From Antechinus flavipes (Eukaryota), in assembly GCF_016432865.1 (NCBI RefSeq), contig NC_067399.1, forward strand, positions 569,284,001 through 569,348,000: a stretch of DNA of 64,000 nt, written 5' to 3'. The notes beneath the pieces are model-generated. The model saw only the letters and a list, made by a program, of their open reading frames with translations. It searched no databases and had not been told where the DNA came from. A program made the position numbers and the translations under genes. Of the stretch, positions 41,081 to 55,051 are shown in pieces. Each line of letters begins with the position of its first letter. Positions within the stretch are counted from its first letter, which is position 1.

Positions 41081-41192
41081 CTGAATGAGGTCCAAGATCC
41101 CCAGTTCACTTTCTGAAGAATCCACACAAAACACAAAATACAAAGTAGCATAGTGCCGGTAAATCAACTTGTAGTCAGAACCGCCAATCAAA
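41081..41192 (-). CDS. AP3S2: AP3S2 exon 3
   Basis: tcctgcag|T TTG ATT...ATT CAG|gtatg. Encodes (S)LIGGSDYKLIYRHYATLYFVFCVDSSESELGILDLIQ; 112 bp. Confidence 0.97.
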
Positions 41193-41547
41193 CTGCAGGA
41201 ACAAAAGACAACCCCCCCAGAGAAAGTTGAAATATTGTGCTACAGTAAATGTGATTTCCACTATAAAACACTACCTAAAAATCCACAGGAAAATTCATCA
41301 GATTCACATTCAAATCGCAAAAGTAACATGTAGCCCCTCCTCACAATGAGAAAAAAAGAGGAACACACAAGAGAGATGAATTTATAAGCACAGGGTCTCT
41401 TCATGAACATCTCCATCGAGGCTAAAGCCTACAAGTATTCTAGATCCAGCTTTATACTTAGAGTTACCAACACCAGCCTGAAGTTCCAGGAATTATTGGT
41501 TGATCAGACCCTTAAATAAGTGAAGAAAAAGTAAATTGCTGGTTTAC

Positions 41548-41639
41548 CTTCCCCCCTCTAGGAAGTTGCAGATGTTGTCATCCCGCTTAAGGACAAGGTG
41601 GAAAGTCTCCCTGACAATCTGCTGTTGAATCTCTTCTGG
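41548..41639 (-). CDS. AP3S2: AP3S2 exon 2
   Basis: ttcccctgtag|CCAGAA...GGA AG|gtaaac. Encodes PEEIQQQIVRETFHLVLKRDDNICNFLEGG(S); 92 bp. Confidence 0.97.
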
Positions 41640-41842
41640 CTACAGGGGAAAAAAAAAAGTCAGAAAAATCAGTGAAAATCACAAGAATGAAGCACTATGC
41701 AAATTTCTAAGGCACATAACTCTGCTATTCCATAACATTGGAAACAGGAAGTTTCCAGTCTTCACCATACTCCTCCTTCTCTACCATGTTCTTTCCCATT
41801 CCCCTCTACTATTATCAGGGACTCACATGATTTGTCCTAGAC

Positions 41843-42366
41843 AAAGCAGTTCTCAAACTGTTTGGTATCAGAACTCATTTACATTCTTAAAAATTGAAGA
41901 TTTCAAAGAACTTTGATGTGGATTATATTTATTTATATTTATCCTACTAGAAATTATAGCTAATAACTTTTAAAATATTTAACTATTACTTCACTTAAAA
42001 TTGTAAATCTATTACATGGTAATATAAACTTTTTTTTAAGGAAAAAATAACTATATGTTCCCAAACAAAAAAATTTAGTGAGAAGAATGGCATTACTTTC
42101 ACAAATTTTTGCAAATCTTTTAAAAATCTAGCTTAACGGAGGATTGCTGGATTCTCAAATAAATAAATGCTCTGTGAAATGTTGTTTTGGTTGATGTGTA
42201 TGATGAAAATCTCACCTCACACAGATATGTAGTTGAAAGAGGGAGGAGTACTTTGATAGACAAATAATGTATTGTTAATGTTATTATGAAAATAGCTTTG
42301 ACTTTGAAGATCCCCTTAACAATCTTGGAAACCTTCAAGACCCTGATAATCACTTTGAGAATTACT
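41843..42366. mobile_element. Non-autonomous hAT/Charlie-like DNA transposon
   Basis: Imperfect terminal inverted repeats gcagttctcaaactg (about 41846) and cactttgagaattac (about 42351) around an AT-rich interior. No TSD was resolved. Confidence 0.55.
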
Positions 42367-45300
42367 TCCCTGAAGCATCAAATATTTGCTAGTCAACTAA
42401 CATCAAGTGGTTGCCAATCAAGTCTTCATTTCTAGCACCATGATGAATTATAAAATAAATGAGGCAGCTCTTGGCAACACAAATATTTCCAGCTCTATCT
42501 CTTGATTAATCTTTTCTGAGACCTTCCCATTCATAGTTATAAGAGTGCTTTATTGTCCAAATCATGTAAATTCAAAATTAGAACTTTTGAAAGTTAGGGA
42601 AGACACAAGCCCAAAGTTAGGAAAGGATCCAGGAAAAAGCTCTTGTTTCTGGCAATTGTTTCTGGTTAAAAGTAATTTATTAGATCAACTCATTCTTCCC
42701 TTAATCAAAATTCATAATCACTGAGTAGGAATAACATGGACTTTTGCCAATACCCCAAAATTATCATTCTTAGAACGACTCAATACACTTTGACCTACCA
42801 AAAATACATTCCCTAAGGCTTAAAACTGTTTTCCTACAATGCTCATCAGCAACAACCTTATGGTAAATATACAATCAGAGACCTAATACCTCAAATATTT
42901 CCTCAGAAGAATTGTCTGATGAGCAAAAATACACTTGTTCCTGTCACTCTGTTCCCATCTTCTATTGTCAAAAATCCAGATCTCAATAGGATATTTCAGA
43001 AAAATCCAATGTTAGGAATCAACTGTCCCCTCTGACCTCACAATGTCTCTCCGACCTATCCATCACATGAGTAATTTTGTCATATGGTTAAGGTTAGACT
43101 TTGCTATTTTTCAGAACAATGTGTACTCCTAGATAAGCTACACAGAGTTCAAGTTACGATTTAGTCTTTTCAGACTTTTCTATGGAAATAAATCTATGTG
43201 CTTTAACTCTTGAGTAAACAATCCCTTCTGTACAAGTAAAGTCTCTTGGTTTGCTATCATTCTTCTTAGCAGGACAGCTAAAGCAATAAATGAAACCTTG
43301 AGATCTAATGAGGAAAAACCTCAAATTAGCATTTACTTTCAGTAAAAGCTTAATGGATAGATAGTTAAACCTCAATACCAAGAGTTCTCATCACAGGAAC
43401 TGACCAAAGAGTCAAAATAGTTAAATGTTTTGGGGTTTTTTCCCCTAGGGACTCTGATTTGTTCTGAATTTACCTTGAAGATGTATTTACTTTGGTGTAT
43501 ATTTCTTTCTCATATAACAAATTTACATCTATGTAGCACCTTAAGGATTACATTTAACATTGATATAACTAACATAGACATATCAAAAATTATTATCCCC
43601 ATTTTACAGACAAGAAAATTTAGGCTCACAGATATTGTCCAAGGTCACATATCTAAGAAGTGTCAGACTTGGGATCTGAACTCCTCCTGATTCCAAGTTC
43701 ACCTGGCTGCTCTTGGACAGTTTTAATTACGAAAGGAGAGTAAATATTCTTCTGGTAATGGTACATCCTTTTACTTACTCCTACCTTTCTACTGATTCTG
43801 GATGATTTTTATTCTGTACTAGCAAATGAGGATATAAGAGTCCTAAGTTAGTGATAAGTGAAGAATATGAGAAAATATCCAGAGCAGCACCCAGTTTATG
43901 TATCTATTGCCATTCCTTGATCAAACCATATGATTGGCTAATCTTCCTATTATCTTTAGCCTCAATAGCAAGTTTTCCTCTCATTTTTCTTTGAAGTTCT
44001 TCATTGCTCACAGTTGCAGTCTGCTCAACCCATCATATTCCTCACCACTTAACTCTGCCTTAAGGAAATTGCAAAGCCACTCTAATGATCTTAAGCTTCT
44101 CCCCCCAAATAAAGTCATATTTTTTAAATACCAATATTCTACCAGTGTTCTGGTATGGAGTTATTGTAAGACTTTGAAGCATGGAACCCTGTAGTCTCTG
44201 AAGAAATAAAAATGATTATCAAATAGAGGTCAGTGGAGAAACATAGCTGATTTTGAGCCTATAAGCAACAAATAGAATTTACATATTTCCCCAGAAGCTA
44301 TAAAATATACACATACATTTCTTTGTGAACCAACAAATTAACTGACTTTACTGAGGTAAATAGCTTTTCATCTGTTGCACAACCTATCACATTAGTTAAT
44401 TAGATTTGGGAGCTACCTTAAGTATATGGGCCCCAAACTCAGGCTCTTCTATATCCCAGGACAAATATCTGACCCTGGCTTGGTAGCAGAACAGGAAGTC
44501 TAATGCTTTAAATTTCTCATCTACCATGTTCATACTTCATCTTCAGATGCCAATCTATTTCATGCTAAATCCTATGAGGTTTTAGTCTCTGCCTCCAGTA
44601 CCTTAAATCTGTTTTCAAAATCTTTGAAGAAAAGGAGCTATGGATATTGTCTTTCACACTAAAAAATTATGTGAGGAGAGAATAAGAATGAACAGAGAGA
44701 GGATAGAAAGATTGAAACTGTAACCCTTCTCCTAGTTGGACTATAACAGGAAAGTACTTGCCTACTCATATCTAACTAATAAAAAAAAAAAAAAACTCAA
44801 AAGAAAAGCTTGATATAGATTAATTTTATCAGTGATGAAGATTTTTTTTCCAAACAACTAATACCCAATTTTAATACAAAATTGCTAAAGTATTATTGTA
44901 GGTATTGATTCATCCCTTGACAAAATATATACAATATGTTAATTACAAATTATTTTTCTTTAAATGGCTAAAACCTCTCCCAAACTAAGTCTGTTTTATA
45001 AAATAACAGATGGGGAAATAGATATCTAAATTCCTAATCAAGAAAAAGCCAAATAACAATTGCTTATATGCCCTCAATCATCTAAACTTTATGAGACTAG
45101 GGGAATGTTCAATTTAGGTTTCTGTGGAACTTAAAAGTAATGAATGTTGTCTTCTTCCCTCTTCATTTTTCAAGGGTCCTCTACTACACTGGCTTCCCAT
45201 TGGTCTGTGAAACCTAGTAGCTTAGAAACCAAAGGGACATGTAAGTAACAAACTTTAGTCTGCTTTGTTTTCCAGCTATTATTATTGGAAATTAATTTAT

Positions 45301-47919
45301 AGGGTAGCTAAAGTGGTATAGTAGAAAACTGAGTGTGGAATCAGTAAAACATCTTCCCAAGTTAAAATCTGGCTTCAGACACTTACTAGCTGTATGACAA
45401 GTCATTTCACCTTGTTGCTCAGTTTCTTCATCTGTAAAATGAGGTGGAGGCCTTGGCAAACCACTGCAGTATCTTTGCCAAGAAAATGCCAAACAAAATC
45501 AGGAAGAGTTGAACACGACTGAAAAAAACGACTGAACAATATCATATCTTTAATGTATAAAGCAACTGTCATCTCTAAGACATATTTAAATACTTAAGGC
45601 ACATACAGAATTTCTATTTTAAACTAAATTTAAAATAATTCCTACAATGAATTAGGGAACGCATATGAAAATAAATTCTGCCCCATTTATTTCCTTTTGA
45701 ATTTTGAAACCATAATAATTCCCTTTGGTCTATAGGAAGAGCATTAAATGAGGGAAGGCTTGATTGGTTTCATAAGCCCATTATTTGGGAAGAGAATAGA
45801 AATAGATTGTGATGATGCTGAATAGCAAAGGGTGAATTCTGTGTTTTGGCTGCAACACTGAACAACATGGCTTAACAGTATTTGAGAGAAAGATAATGGG
45901 AAAAGTTTGCAGTACTTAATATGCATTTAAATGCATGAAATAAAGCAATTTGTCCATCTTAAAGAGAAATCAAATTACTGTCTGATTTATTTTATTAATA
46001 CTGCAATGTTAAAATTTCCAGCACTTAACTTTGTTTCTGAACATTTATGATACAATATAATCTCCAACATACCAGGACTATCAGAATTGACATTTTTGTT
46101 ACTGTTCAGTTATTTTTGTCCCATCTATCTCTTCATGATCTCACTTGGAGTATTCTTGATAAAGATACTAAAAGTATTTTTCCACGTTCTTCTGCAGATC
46201 ATTTTAAAGATGAGGGAACTGAGGCAAACAAATTTGATTTGCCCAGGTCACATAGGCTAGTGTCTGAGGCCACATTTGAACCAGGGTCTTCCTGACTGTA
46301 CACCTGGTACTTTATCCACTTCACCATCTAGCTGCCCTGAACTGACATTTGCCTACACAAAATTTAAATAACTGAACCTAAAGTATTTTTTAATCTTTTT
46401 TTTAATTTTGAAATTCAAATCATGTCTCTCCTCTAGCCCTGTCTCATCTATTGAGAAGGAAAACAATATGATACCCATTTTACACATGCAATCATGCAAA
46501 ACATTTTCATATGGCTAAGATATTTTAAAAAGTAGTGTTTGGAATTTTAAAATTATACTAAAAAAATCTAAGAGAATGTTGAATCTCACCTCTATTTCAA
46601 AAGCTCACCTCAAATGTTACCTTTCCTATGCAGCCATATCTTATCTTGCTCTAAATGGAAAATGATGATGCTAATCAATTTTGTTTATAATTTTTACATA
46701 TTTCATTAAGCAAAACGTTCTATTTTCTATTATTTATGCATATCTTATATCCTTCATTCAAATGTCAACTGCTGGAGTCAGAAAGCTGTCTTACTTATGT
46801 TCTTGTGTATTTTCATTTTAATTTTGCACATCTGCTATCTTACATTTGATAAATAATTAATATATGTGGAATTAAATAGATAAATCAAATTTTCAAAAGA
46901 TCTGCCTCTCTGGAAGACGGGATTCTACACATCCCTAAGTGTGAGGAGAAGAAATGAAAAGCAGTACAAAGGATCCAAGGAAAGGGACTAAAGATCTAAG
47001 AGCAAAATTTTAGTAATGATAATGGCAATGATACAAGTAAGAAAGCATTTCAAATCAATAAAAATAAATGAACAATTACTGACATTTATAGTACACAAGT
47101 TTGCAAATCACTTTACGTACATCATATTTTTCTGTGCCTCATAACAACCCTGAGAGACAAGTATTACAGGTACTGGACCAATTTTACAGATGAGGAAACT
47201 GAGACTCATATTAGTTAAATGACTCAAACATAACTTTAGAAAGTAGTATTAGAAAAGACTTGAATCCTGTTCTCCTGACTCCCAATCCAGCACAGTGGGA
47301 ACTATGCCATGCAGCCTGGTCCATGATGCCTTTCCAGGAAAAGGACCCAACCCTAAGGGTTTTTCTTGGTGGTAAGTCATGTAATAACTGATTTGGGGAA
47401 AACTGTAGAGATCATTTACCCTAATATCCTCATTTTCCAGATAAGGAAACTGGACAGACTTGCCCGAGGTCCTATCAGTAGTTAAGTAGCAGAGCCATGA
47501 CTAGAAGCTAAATTCTTTGGCTCTGATTTCTGTGATCTTTCCTCTTAGTTCAGGACCTGTGAAAGCTATGCACAGGAATCAGTTTTCAGGTCCAGTCCAC
47601 CCAATATTACAATACAATATGTAGCACTTATCCCTTGAAAATACTTTCAAATCCCTTCATTATTTTTTCTGCAATAACGGTTTAATCAGGGTACCTCGGG
47701 ATAAAGATCGTAATGCAGATGGGCATCTAACAAGGCAGGGCAAAGGGTCACTGACCTAATAAAGTCAAAGCCTGGGAGCTTAGGGGTCTAGAAAGAGACA
47801 AAAAATAAGGAACTACAGTCTCTAACCTGCCATGCCGTTAAGTTAGACGGCTTCAATTCAGTTCAATCCACATGTATTAAGCACAGTAGAGTTAAACTCT
47901 GGAGACTAAAAAAAAAAAA

Positions 47920-47921
<2 letters not shown>

Positions 47922-47950
<29 letters not shown>
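47922..47950. repeat. (TG)n microsatellite
   Basis: Read directly; preceded by an A run. Confidence 0.95.
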
Positions 47951-48219
47951 CTCGTGGGGGATGGGAGGTGAGTGCCAAAAGGCTGTCCCGGCCCTAAAGG
48001 AACTTACAATGTAATGGAAGGGGGAACAAGCAAACAAAAATATGCAAACTATGCCAACCGAGATTAGCAGAGAAGGCCCCTGTAATTTTTATAATACTGT
48101 TGGTTATGGTATATGGCAGTAAGATGACCACTGAAAACCTGAAAGGATTTTTATCCTCAATTACGTCCAATCCGTCCCCCCTCACACCTATTTTTTACAG
48201 AAAAGGAAACTGAGGATTT

Positions 48220-48800
48220 GAAAGGCGAAATTTCCGGTCCAAGGATGCCCTGATAGCGTCCGGGTGAAAACCTAAATTCCGGCCATCAAGTGCCCTGCGT
48301 TCGAATCCTGACTCAGCTAATGCCCACCAGTGCGTCTCTCTATCGGCCTCAGTTTCCGCCTCAGGAGGAGGGCTGAGCGCCAAGATAATCTCACTATTTC
48401 GGGAATATAAAATTCCAAACCCTGCCCTCTTTCCGCCACACCCGCCGCCTCCCAGGATCACAGGAGGACCCGGACGGCAGGTGTACACGCCCGGGCAGCT
48501 GCATATTCGCGACCGGCGGAAGGGGTCAAGGGTCGAGTGACAAGGAGTAGGAGGAGGTTCTGCTGTAGCGCGAAGGGGGCCGCACTCACGAAGCGCTGGT
48601 AGAAGCGGACCAGCCGCGGCTTCCCGTGGTTGTTAAACACCAGAATTGCCTGGATCATCTTTCCTGGGGCCGACGCCGCTACCGATTCTCAGGCACCGCT
48701 TCCAGCTCTTTCCGCCAGGACTGACGCCGACTTCCGGCCTGTCCCCCTGCCAATAACGTCCCCCCGGAAATCTAGAGGTGGTGCTTAAAACCCGTCTCCT
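48220..48800 (-). promoter_or_regulatory. CpG island / AP3S2 promoter with ETS (GABP-type) motifs
   Basis: This is the only CpG-dense stretch in an AT-rich window, and it spans exon 1. CCGGAAGT lies on the minus strand at 48730-48737, a CCGGAAAT-like site near 48763-48770, and TGACG at about 48722. Confidence 0.8.
48590..48658 (-). CDS. AP3S2: AP3S2 exon 1 (coding part)
   Basis: ATG at 48658, MIQAILVFNNHGKPRLVRFYQRF|gtgagt. MIQ...LVRFYQRF distinguishes AP3S2 from AP3S1 (MIK...LSKFYQPY). Confidence 0.97.
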
Positions 48801-51800
48801 TAGGGTGTTCTTGCCTGGGACTCAGTTTTCCCATCAGCTCTTTTGTAATCCTGGGAGCCCATCACTGACCTTTACAACATCAAAATAACAAATAAATAAA
48901 TAAATTTAAGGGGGTAAAAAAAGTCGTGTGTGTGTGTGAGATATGTATCTATATGTGTGAGATATAAACATATATCTCACACATATACACATGAAAATAA
49001 ATAAAAATTTAAGGGGGGGGCGGGGAAGCCATGTTATGTGTGTGTGTATATATGGTTCCCCATACTGGTTCAGACCATTATTCTTCCTTTCATCTATCGT
49101 ATACAAGTTTCATAAGAATTCATAAGAAGAAAATGCATCTTCTTGCATTTTGTACAGAATATTGCATGTACTGTGAGACATAGCAAAATTGTTACTTTTG
49201 TTCATCTACTATTTTTTTTCCTAATCTTTGTTACAAAAAAAGCCCGGTTTTCAAAGACCCATATCCCTCCCTGCCGCAAATAAGCAGGATGATTGGACAT
49301 GAGGGATAAATGACAGATCCTGGCTTTGTGCAGGAGCTGGAGTGAGGCTGTCCTGAGTTCAAATCCAGCTTCAGACCCTCACTAGCTATGTGACTGTGCA
49401 AGGGACTCCACTTTTGCTTCCGTTTCTCTCCTACGGTTGTTGTAAGGATTGAATGAGATAATACCATACTTATAAATTGCTCAGCACGGTATCTAGCACA
49501 TAGTAGCTGCTATATAAATGCAAGTTATTATTATATTAATAACTATAATGCTAGTTATTATGTCATTGCAGTAGACAGAATGCAGGGGAGGTGGTTAAAA
49601 GGACCCAAGGTCAAAGTCAGCGTCACTTAACCTCTACATGCCTCAGTTTTCTTATCTATAAAATGGGGATAATAATAGCACCTTCAGGGTTATTGTGAGG
49701 ATCACATGAGTTAAATGTTCCTGGTACATGGTAAATATTACATAAATGCTATCTGTTATTATAATGTACTCTTTGCTCTTAAAAGTTTATCCACAAAATA
49801 ATCTTGTGAGAAAGTACAGCAGGAATGAAATTACTTAAAGGCACCTGTTTAATCAGTATCAAAACTAAGTGGTGTGTAAAGTGTACTGGACTTGAGAGCA
49901 TGTAAAATCTCCACTCAATTCACACCTCAGGTAAGCCCTAGCTGTCTGACCTTAGGCAAATCAGTCAATCTCTCTGGACCTCAATTTCCTCATCTGTAAA
50001 ATGAAAGCGTTAACAGTTCTAATTCTATGACCCTCCAATCTTCATGCATGCTCAATTCCACCAGTCTAGAGGCCTTGAAAGACAGTTTATTTATACTCAA
50101 AGCCCCAGAATCAGGCCCTCCTCAAAGACAGGTAGAGTATCTAACTATCATAAAGTGAGGATAGTTTCTAACTTCCTTTTAACCCTAACCCTATAGAATT
50201 TTTATAAATTTTTTTGATCTATCGTATACAAGTTTCATAAGAATTCGTAAGAAGAAAGTGTATCTTCTTGCATTTTGTAAAGAATATTGCATATACTGTG
50301 AGACATAGCAAAATTGTTACTTTTGTCCATCTACTATTTTCTTTCCTAATCTTTGTTACAAAGAATTGCTCCCTGGGAGAGAGATATTCACAAATCAAGG
50401 TGACATAAAAACAAAAGCTATCAGTCCATCAATAAAAACCAAAATAAAAAAATTTAAATACATGTGATACAACACACATTTTAGGCTGTGGATAGGGCAC
50501 TAAAGTGGGGACCTGCAATCAGGAAGACAGCCTCAGACACTAGCTATGTGACACTGGGCCAGTCACCTGTTTGCCTCAGTTTCCTCAATTGTTAAATGAG
50601 GATATTAACAGCACCAAGCTTGCAAGGTTGTTGTAAGGATCAAACATGATAATAATAAAATACTCAGCACAGTATTAGACACATAGTAGGAACTTTACAA
50701 TGTTTATTTCTTTCCCCTCTGGAAGAAAATAATGTTAGAGGATTTAATCCATCAGTGATGCTATTTCAAGATCCCTGGAATACGGAAAAATAGGCTTCCA
50801 TCATGAGCAACTAGAAGTTTTCTAGGTGTCCATCTGAAAAATGATACTGACCAGAAAATCTTCAAGATAAATACATTATTTTTAAACTCTTTTCCTTTAG
50901 GACTTGCCTTTCGTTGTACTGCCAGTACTTAACACAGTGCCTGACATATAGTAAGTGCTTAATAAATGCTTACTGGCAGAACCAAGCGATGAAATAAAAG
51001 TTCAGTTACTATCCAATCTAGGGAAAGATAATAGAGTCACCAGTTTGTCTTTTTATCTTTCCCCTAATATAACACCTAGCACAAAATAGGTATTCAATAA
51101 ATGCTTGCTGACTGCCTGATATTCTTAGGTTGTTCAGTTTAGAAATTAAGTTACAGAGGTCTTCAAGGCCCCACCTGGGTCCACTCCTTTTTTGGGAAAG
51201 GTAGATTTCAACTACTTCAGATTCTGTTTTTCATTACATATTACCAATGCTTAGAAATTACTTTCAATGAAGAGCATCCTGAAACTTGGAAAGATTAATA
51301 AAGTTCTTGGCACACAGTAAGCTGACCTGATTCAAACTAGGAATCACATACTTAAATCAGAGAGTTGTTTTATGTTCTTCCACCTCCAGAAATTTAATAA
51401 TTGACAAAAACCACTGATAAAATTAGCTGTTATAAAAGAAGTATAAATTACATTACAAAACAAAACATTCTAGACTGGTAGGATTAGTTTTAGAGTAATA
51501 GAATAATTAGATACACCTGTAGAGATGGATAACTCTATCTCTTTGGTTCTTCCCATCAATTACTCAATTAGTGGTGGTCAATCCAAGACATCTTGGAATC
51601 GGGAGATGTTGATTAATATAGCCAGCTGTAGTGAGGGGACAATTATCAGAGGAACAAGGTGGAATTGGGGATGAAGGTTACAGTGTAAATGGAAATATGG
51701 CTGCATTGCCAAGACAGATAAAAAGGGGGTGGAGCTGTGAAAGAGAGTAGTTGAATCTGTTCAAGGCCATAAGGAAGGGGCACAAAAAGGGACAGAACTT

Positions 51801-52270
51801 ATATCCAAACTCAGTTTTTCAGGAACTCATGCAAGAAGTTAAAAGCCAAAATGATCAGCAGGGAATTCACCAACTTCTTTCTACGAGCCACTGACTCAGC
51901 TGAATGAATCATTTTTGTTTCCTCCAAGCGTAGTCATATATAACTCCAATTCATTTCAAAGGTTACATTCCAAGAAGGTTCTTAAACCACCCAAATGAGG
52001 AAATGGAGTCCTTTTCCTGGATGACACCTAAACATGGGAAAATTCTAAGAACAGGTCTTGAGTCCAGATCCTTCAGGAGCCACAATGGGATATTAGCAGA
52101 GATGGGCCGTCTGAAGTGTATTCCAACTCCGGCTAAGAGGAGGTGATGACATCTTCCCTTTCTACCGCTGCTGTTCCATAAGAAGCATCAAACATGAAAT
52201 TAGAGTGAAGGTATTCAAAAGAAGCTGCATCCTGAGAGTGGTCACCAAGATGTTCCTCTTCCTGCTATTT

Positions 52271-52279
52271 TCAGTCATC
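52271..52279 (-). CDS. ARPIN: ARPIN terminal exon coding part (Asp-Asp-stop)
   Basis: gtttctctag|GAT GAC TGA. Completes the acidic C-terminal motif EDDEW-DD*. Confidence 0.88.
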   Translation of the reverse strand, partial: DD

Positions 52280-52497
52280 CTAGAGAAACATTTTTAACAG
52301 AGAACATTATTTGAAATTCTCACATTGGTAAAATAAAATAAATTCTATAATGTAGTCAGAATTCCCAGAGCAATCTGATGAGAAGAAATATATTCTGGGA
52401 AAGTTGTTTAACTTTCCACAAAATGGAAAAAAAATAATAATAAATAACATTTATTATTATTATATAATAAATTATGCCTGTATATAAAATATAAAAT

Positions 52498-52676
52498 NNN
52501 NNNNNNNNNNNNNNNNNNNNNNNNNNNNNNNNNNNNNNNNNNNNNNNNNNNNNNNNNNNNNNNNNNNNNNNNNNNNNNNNNNNNNNNNNNNNNNNNNNNN
52601 NNNNNNNNNNNNNNNNNNNNNNNNNNNNNNNNNNNNNNNNNNNNNNNNNNNNNNNNNNNNNNNNNNNNNNNNNNNN
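52498..52676. other. Assembly gap (179 N) in the last ARPIN intron
   Basis: Run of N, flanked by AT-rich sequence and a SINE. Confidence 0.99.
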
Positions 52677-52791
52677 GTCCAGTGGATAGAGCATCAGCCC
52701 TGAAGTCAGAAGGACCTGAATTCAAACCCAGCTTCAGACACTAAACGCTTCCTAGATGTGTGATCCTGGGCAAGTCATTTAACCCCAAATG

Positions 52792-52795
<4 letters not shown>
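52677..52795 (+). mobile_element. WSINE1-like SINE truncated by the gap, followed by (CA)n
   Basis: agtggatagagcatcagccctgaagtcag...ccccaaatgcctca, then about 17 CA units to about 52829. Confidence 0.75.
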
Positions 52796-52834
<39 letters not shown>

Positions 52835-53871
52835 ATGGGGAAACTGAGGCAAAGAGACATTAAAAGTCACAAAAGATAGTAAGTATCTGAGGTTGGATTT
52901 GAATTCAGATCTCCCTGACTCCACTGAGCCATCTAGCTGCCCCACCCCCACTCTACATCCCTTCTCTCCTTATTCTGTACCTGTCTATTTTTATATAACT
53001 ACTACAATATATTCTAAAAGCGGGGGAGGGGCAGCTTCTACCTGTGTGACCTTACGCAAGTCACTTAAGCCCAAATGCCTCAGCAAAAAAAAAAAAAAAT
53101 AAAGGGGGGAGGGGGAGTAGAACTGCTTATTGGGTAATTACTGTGGTTATTAAACTCAGAGACTTCAGCCTAGTTAGAATTGCTCAATTCACTTGAGGGA
53201 ACGTTTTTTCCTTCTGTTATGGGATTCTGTATTGCCACCTTGATTGATAAAGGTTGGGACTGAATGAGAGATGTGTCAAGAGAGGGCCAGTGATCTCATC
53301 ACTGAAGATGCCTCCCGGGAAAGGAAGGAGAATGGCAGCCACTTCAAACAGATTCAATTCAATTCAATAAACATTTATCCTGCATCAATCATGTGCCAGG
53401 CACTGTGCTAAGCACTAGAGATACAAAAAGAGGTAAAAGCTAGTCCCTGACTTCAAGGAGTTTACAATCTCATGGGGAAGACAACATACAAATATATGCA
53501 AAGCAAGCTACATACAAGATAAACAGCGGTTACTTTGCTCTTTTCAACAATGAGGTGATTCAAGGCAATTCCCATAGACAAGATAGAAAGAGCCACTGAC
53601 ATCCAGAAAGAGAACAAAGGAGACTGGAGGTGGATCAAAGCAGAGCATGACCTTTTTTGTTGTTGGAATAAAGGGGGGGTGGGGAAAAGACTCCTTGTAG
53701 GAGGTGAAATTTTAGTTGAGACTTAAAGAATTATCTCTTATGTCCCTTCCAAATTGTAGCATCTATGATTCTGAAAAATATTTTAGTCAATGTTTCTCAT
53801 TATTGCTACTCATCTAACCCTCCACTTAGCAGATTGCCTGACTAATTTTTTTGTTTTGTTTTGTTTTTTTG

Positions 53872-54002
53872 CTGAGACTTTCGGGGTTGACTTGTCCAGG
53901 GTCACACAGTCAGGAAGTGTTAAGTGTCTGAGGCTAGATTTGAACTCAGGTCCACCTGACTTCAGGGCTGGTGCTCTATCCACTACACCAACTAGCTGCC
54001 CC
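53872..54002 (-). mobile_element. WSINE1-like SINE
   Basis: Reverse complement of ggggcagctagttggtgtagtggatagagcaccagccctgaagtc..., followed by an A-rich tail. Confidence 0.8.
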
Positions 54003-55051
54003 ATGACTATTTTTTTAACTGAAGCTTTTCATTTTCAAAACATATGTAAGGATAATTTTTCACCATTGACTCTTGCAAAACCCTGTGTTCCAATTTCCCT
54101 CTCTTCCCCCACCTCCTCTCCTAGATGGGAAGTAATCCAATATATGTTAAACATAATAAAAACATATGTAAATCCAATATAACCTGACTTTTAATTGATG
54201 TCTAATAAATACTTGCTTTTTTGCCTGGCTAACCAATTAATTAACATGCAACAAAAACAGATATTTTCTTATTCTTGAAAGTGTTTTTGTTGTATGTTAA
54301 TTAATATATATATGATATAATGAAATGTGTATATATATATATCAGATAGATATATAAATTTTGCAAACTCTGGTTCTACTTCCAAATCTGTAGGCTCTGG
54401 GTGGAGTTGAGAGAAGGGAGAAAAGGGGACAAACCAGAGAGGTTAGAGGAGCACTTGGTACTTAAGGTTCATTGTTTTGGTTTTCTCTATAAAAAGCTGA
54501 TGCAGAGTTGTTCATCACATTATTCAATGAGTTGCATATACTACTGTGCGTCTGTGTTTATTTCTTTGGTGCAAAGGGTTCCCAATAAATCTTTTCACCA
54601 TTAAAGATCAACTACTATTGTGCAACTTGTAGTCCAAAAGAATTGGTCAAGCTACTAAGAAGTTATGGGGCTTTTCCAGAGTCACAAAACCCAAACTGAG
54701 GCCATTCTGACCGCAAAAACTGCCCTCTCTCCACTATCAGACACTGCCTCTCCTGGTAGGGATTACCAAGGGATCAATCCCACTGTACACTGTAACTACA
54801 ATGCAAAGTGAAAATGAGGAAAGCTCTCTATTCACCAATCTTGCTCTCCCCTGAAGAAAAGAGGTGCTTTGTACATCACGATGTGATTAATAGTTTGTTA
54901 AATTCAATGTGGATTCTGTCTGTTGCTAACTCTCTCTAAAACTGCCAGAAGACCTAAAAAAGTTGGGATTTAAATGGACAGCGCTCCTCTTGTCTCCTGG
55001 TACCATTTCTCCCCCCAATTTTAAGACTCCCCCAAGTCACTCCCAACTTAC

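Noticed and set aside
48458-48589. Extension of AP3S2 exon 1 ORF (VSAAPFALQQ...)
   Set aside because: It is intron 1 sequence after the canonical gtgagt donor.
52356-52725. ORFs spanning the N run
   Set aside because: Artefacts of the assembly gap.
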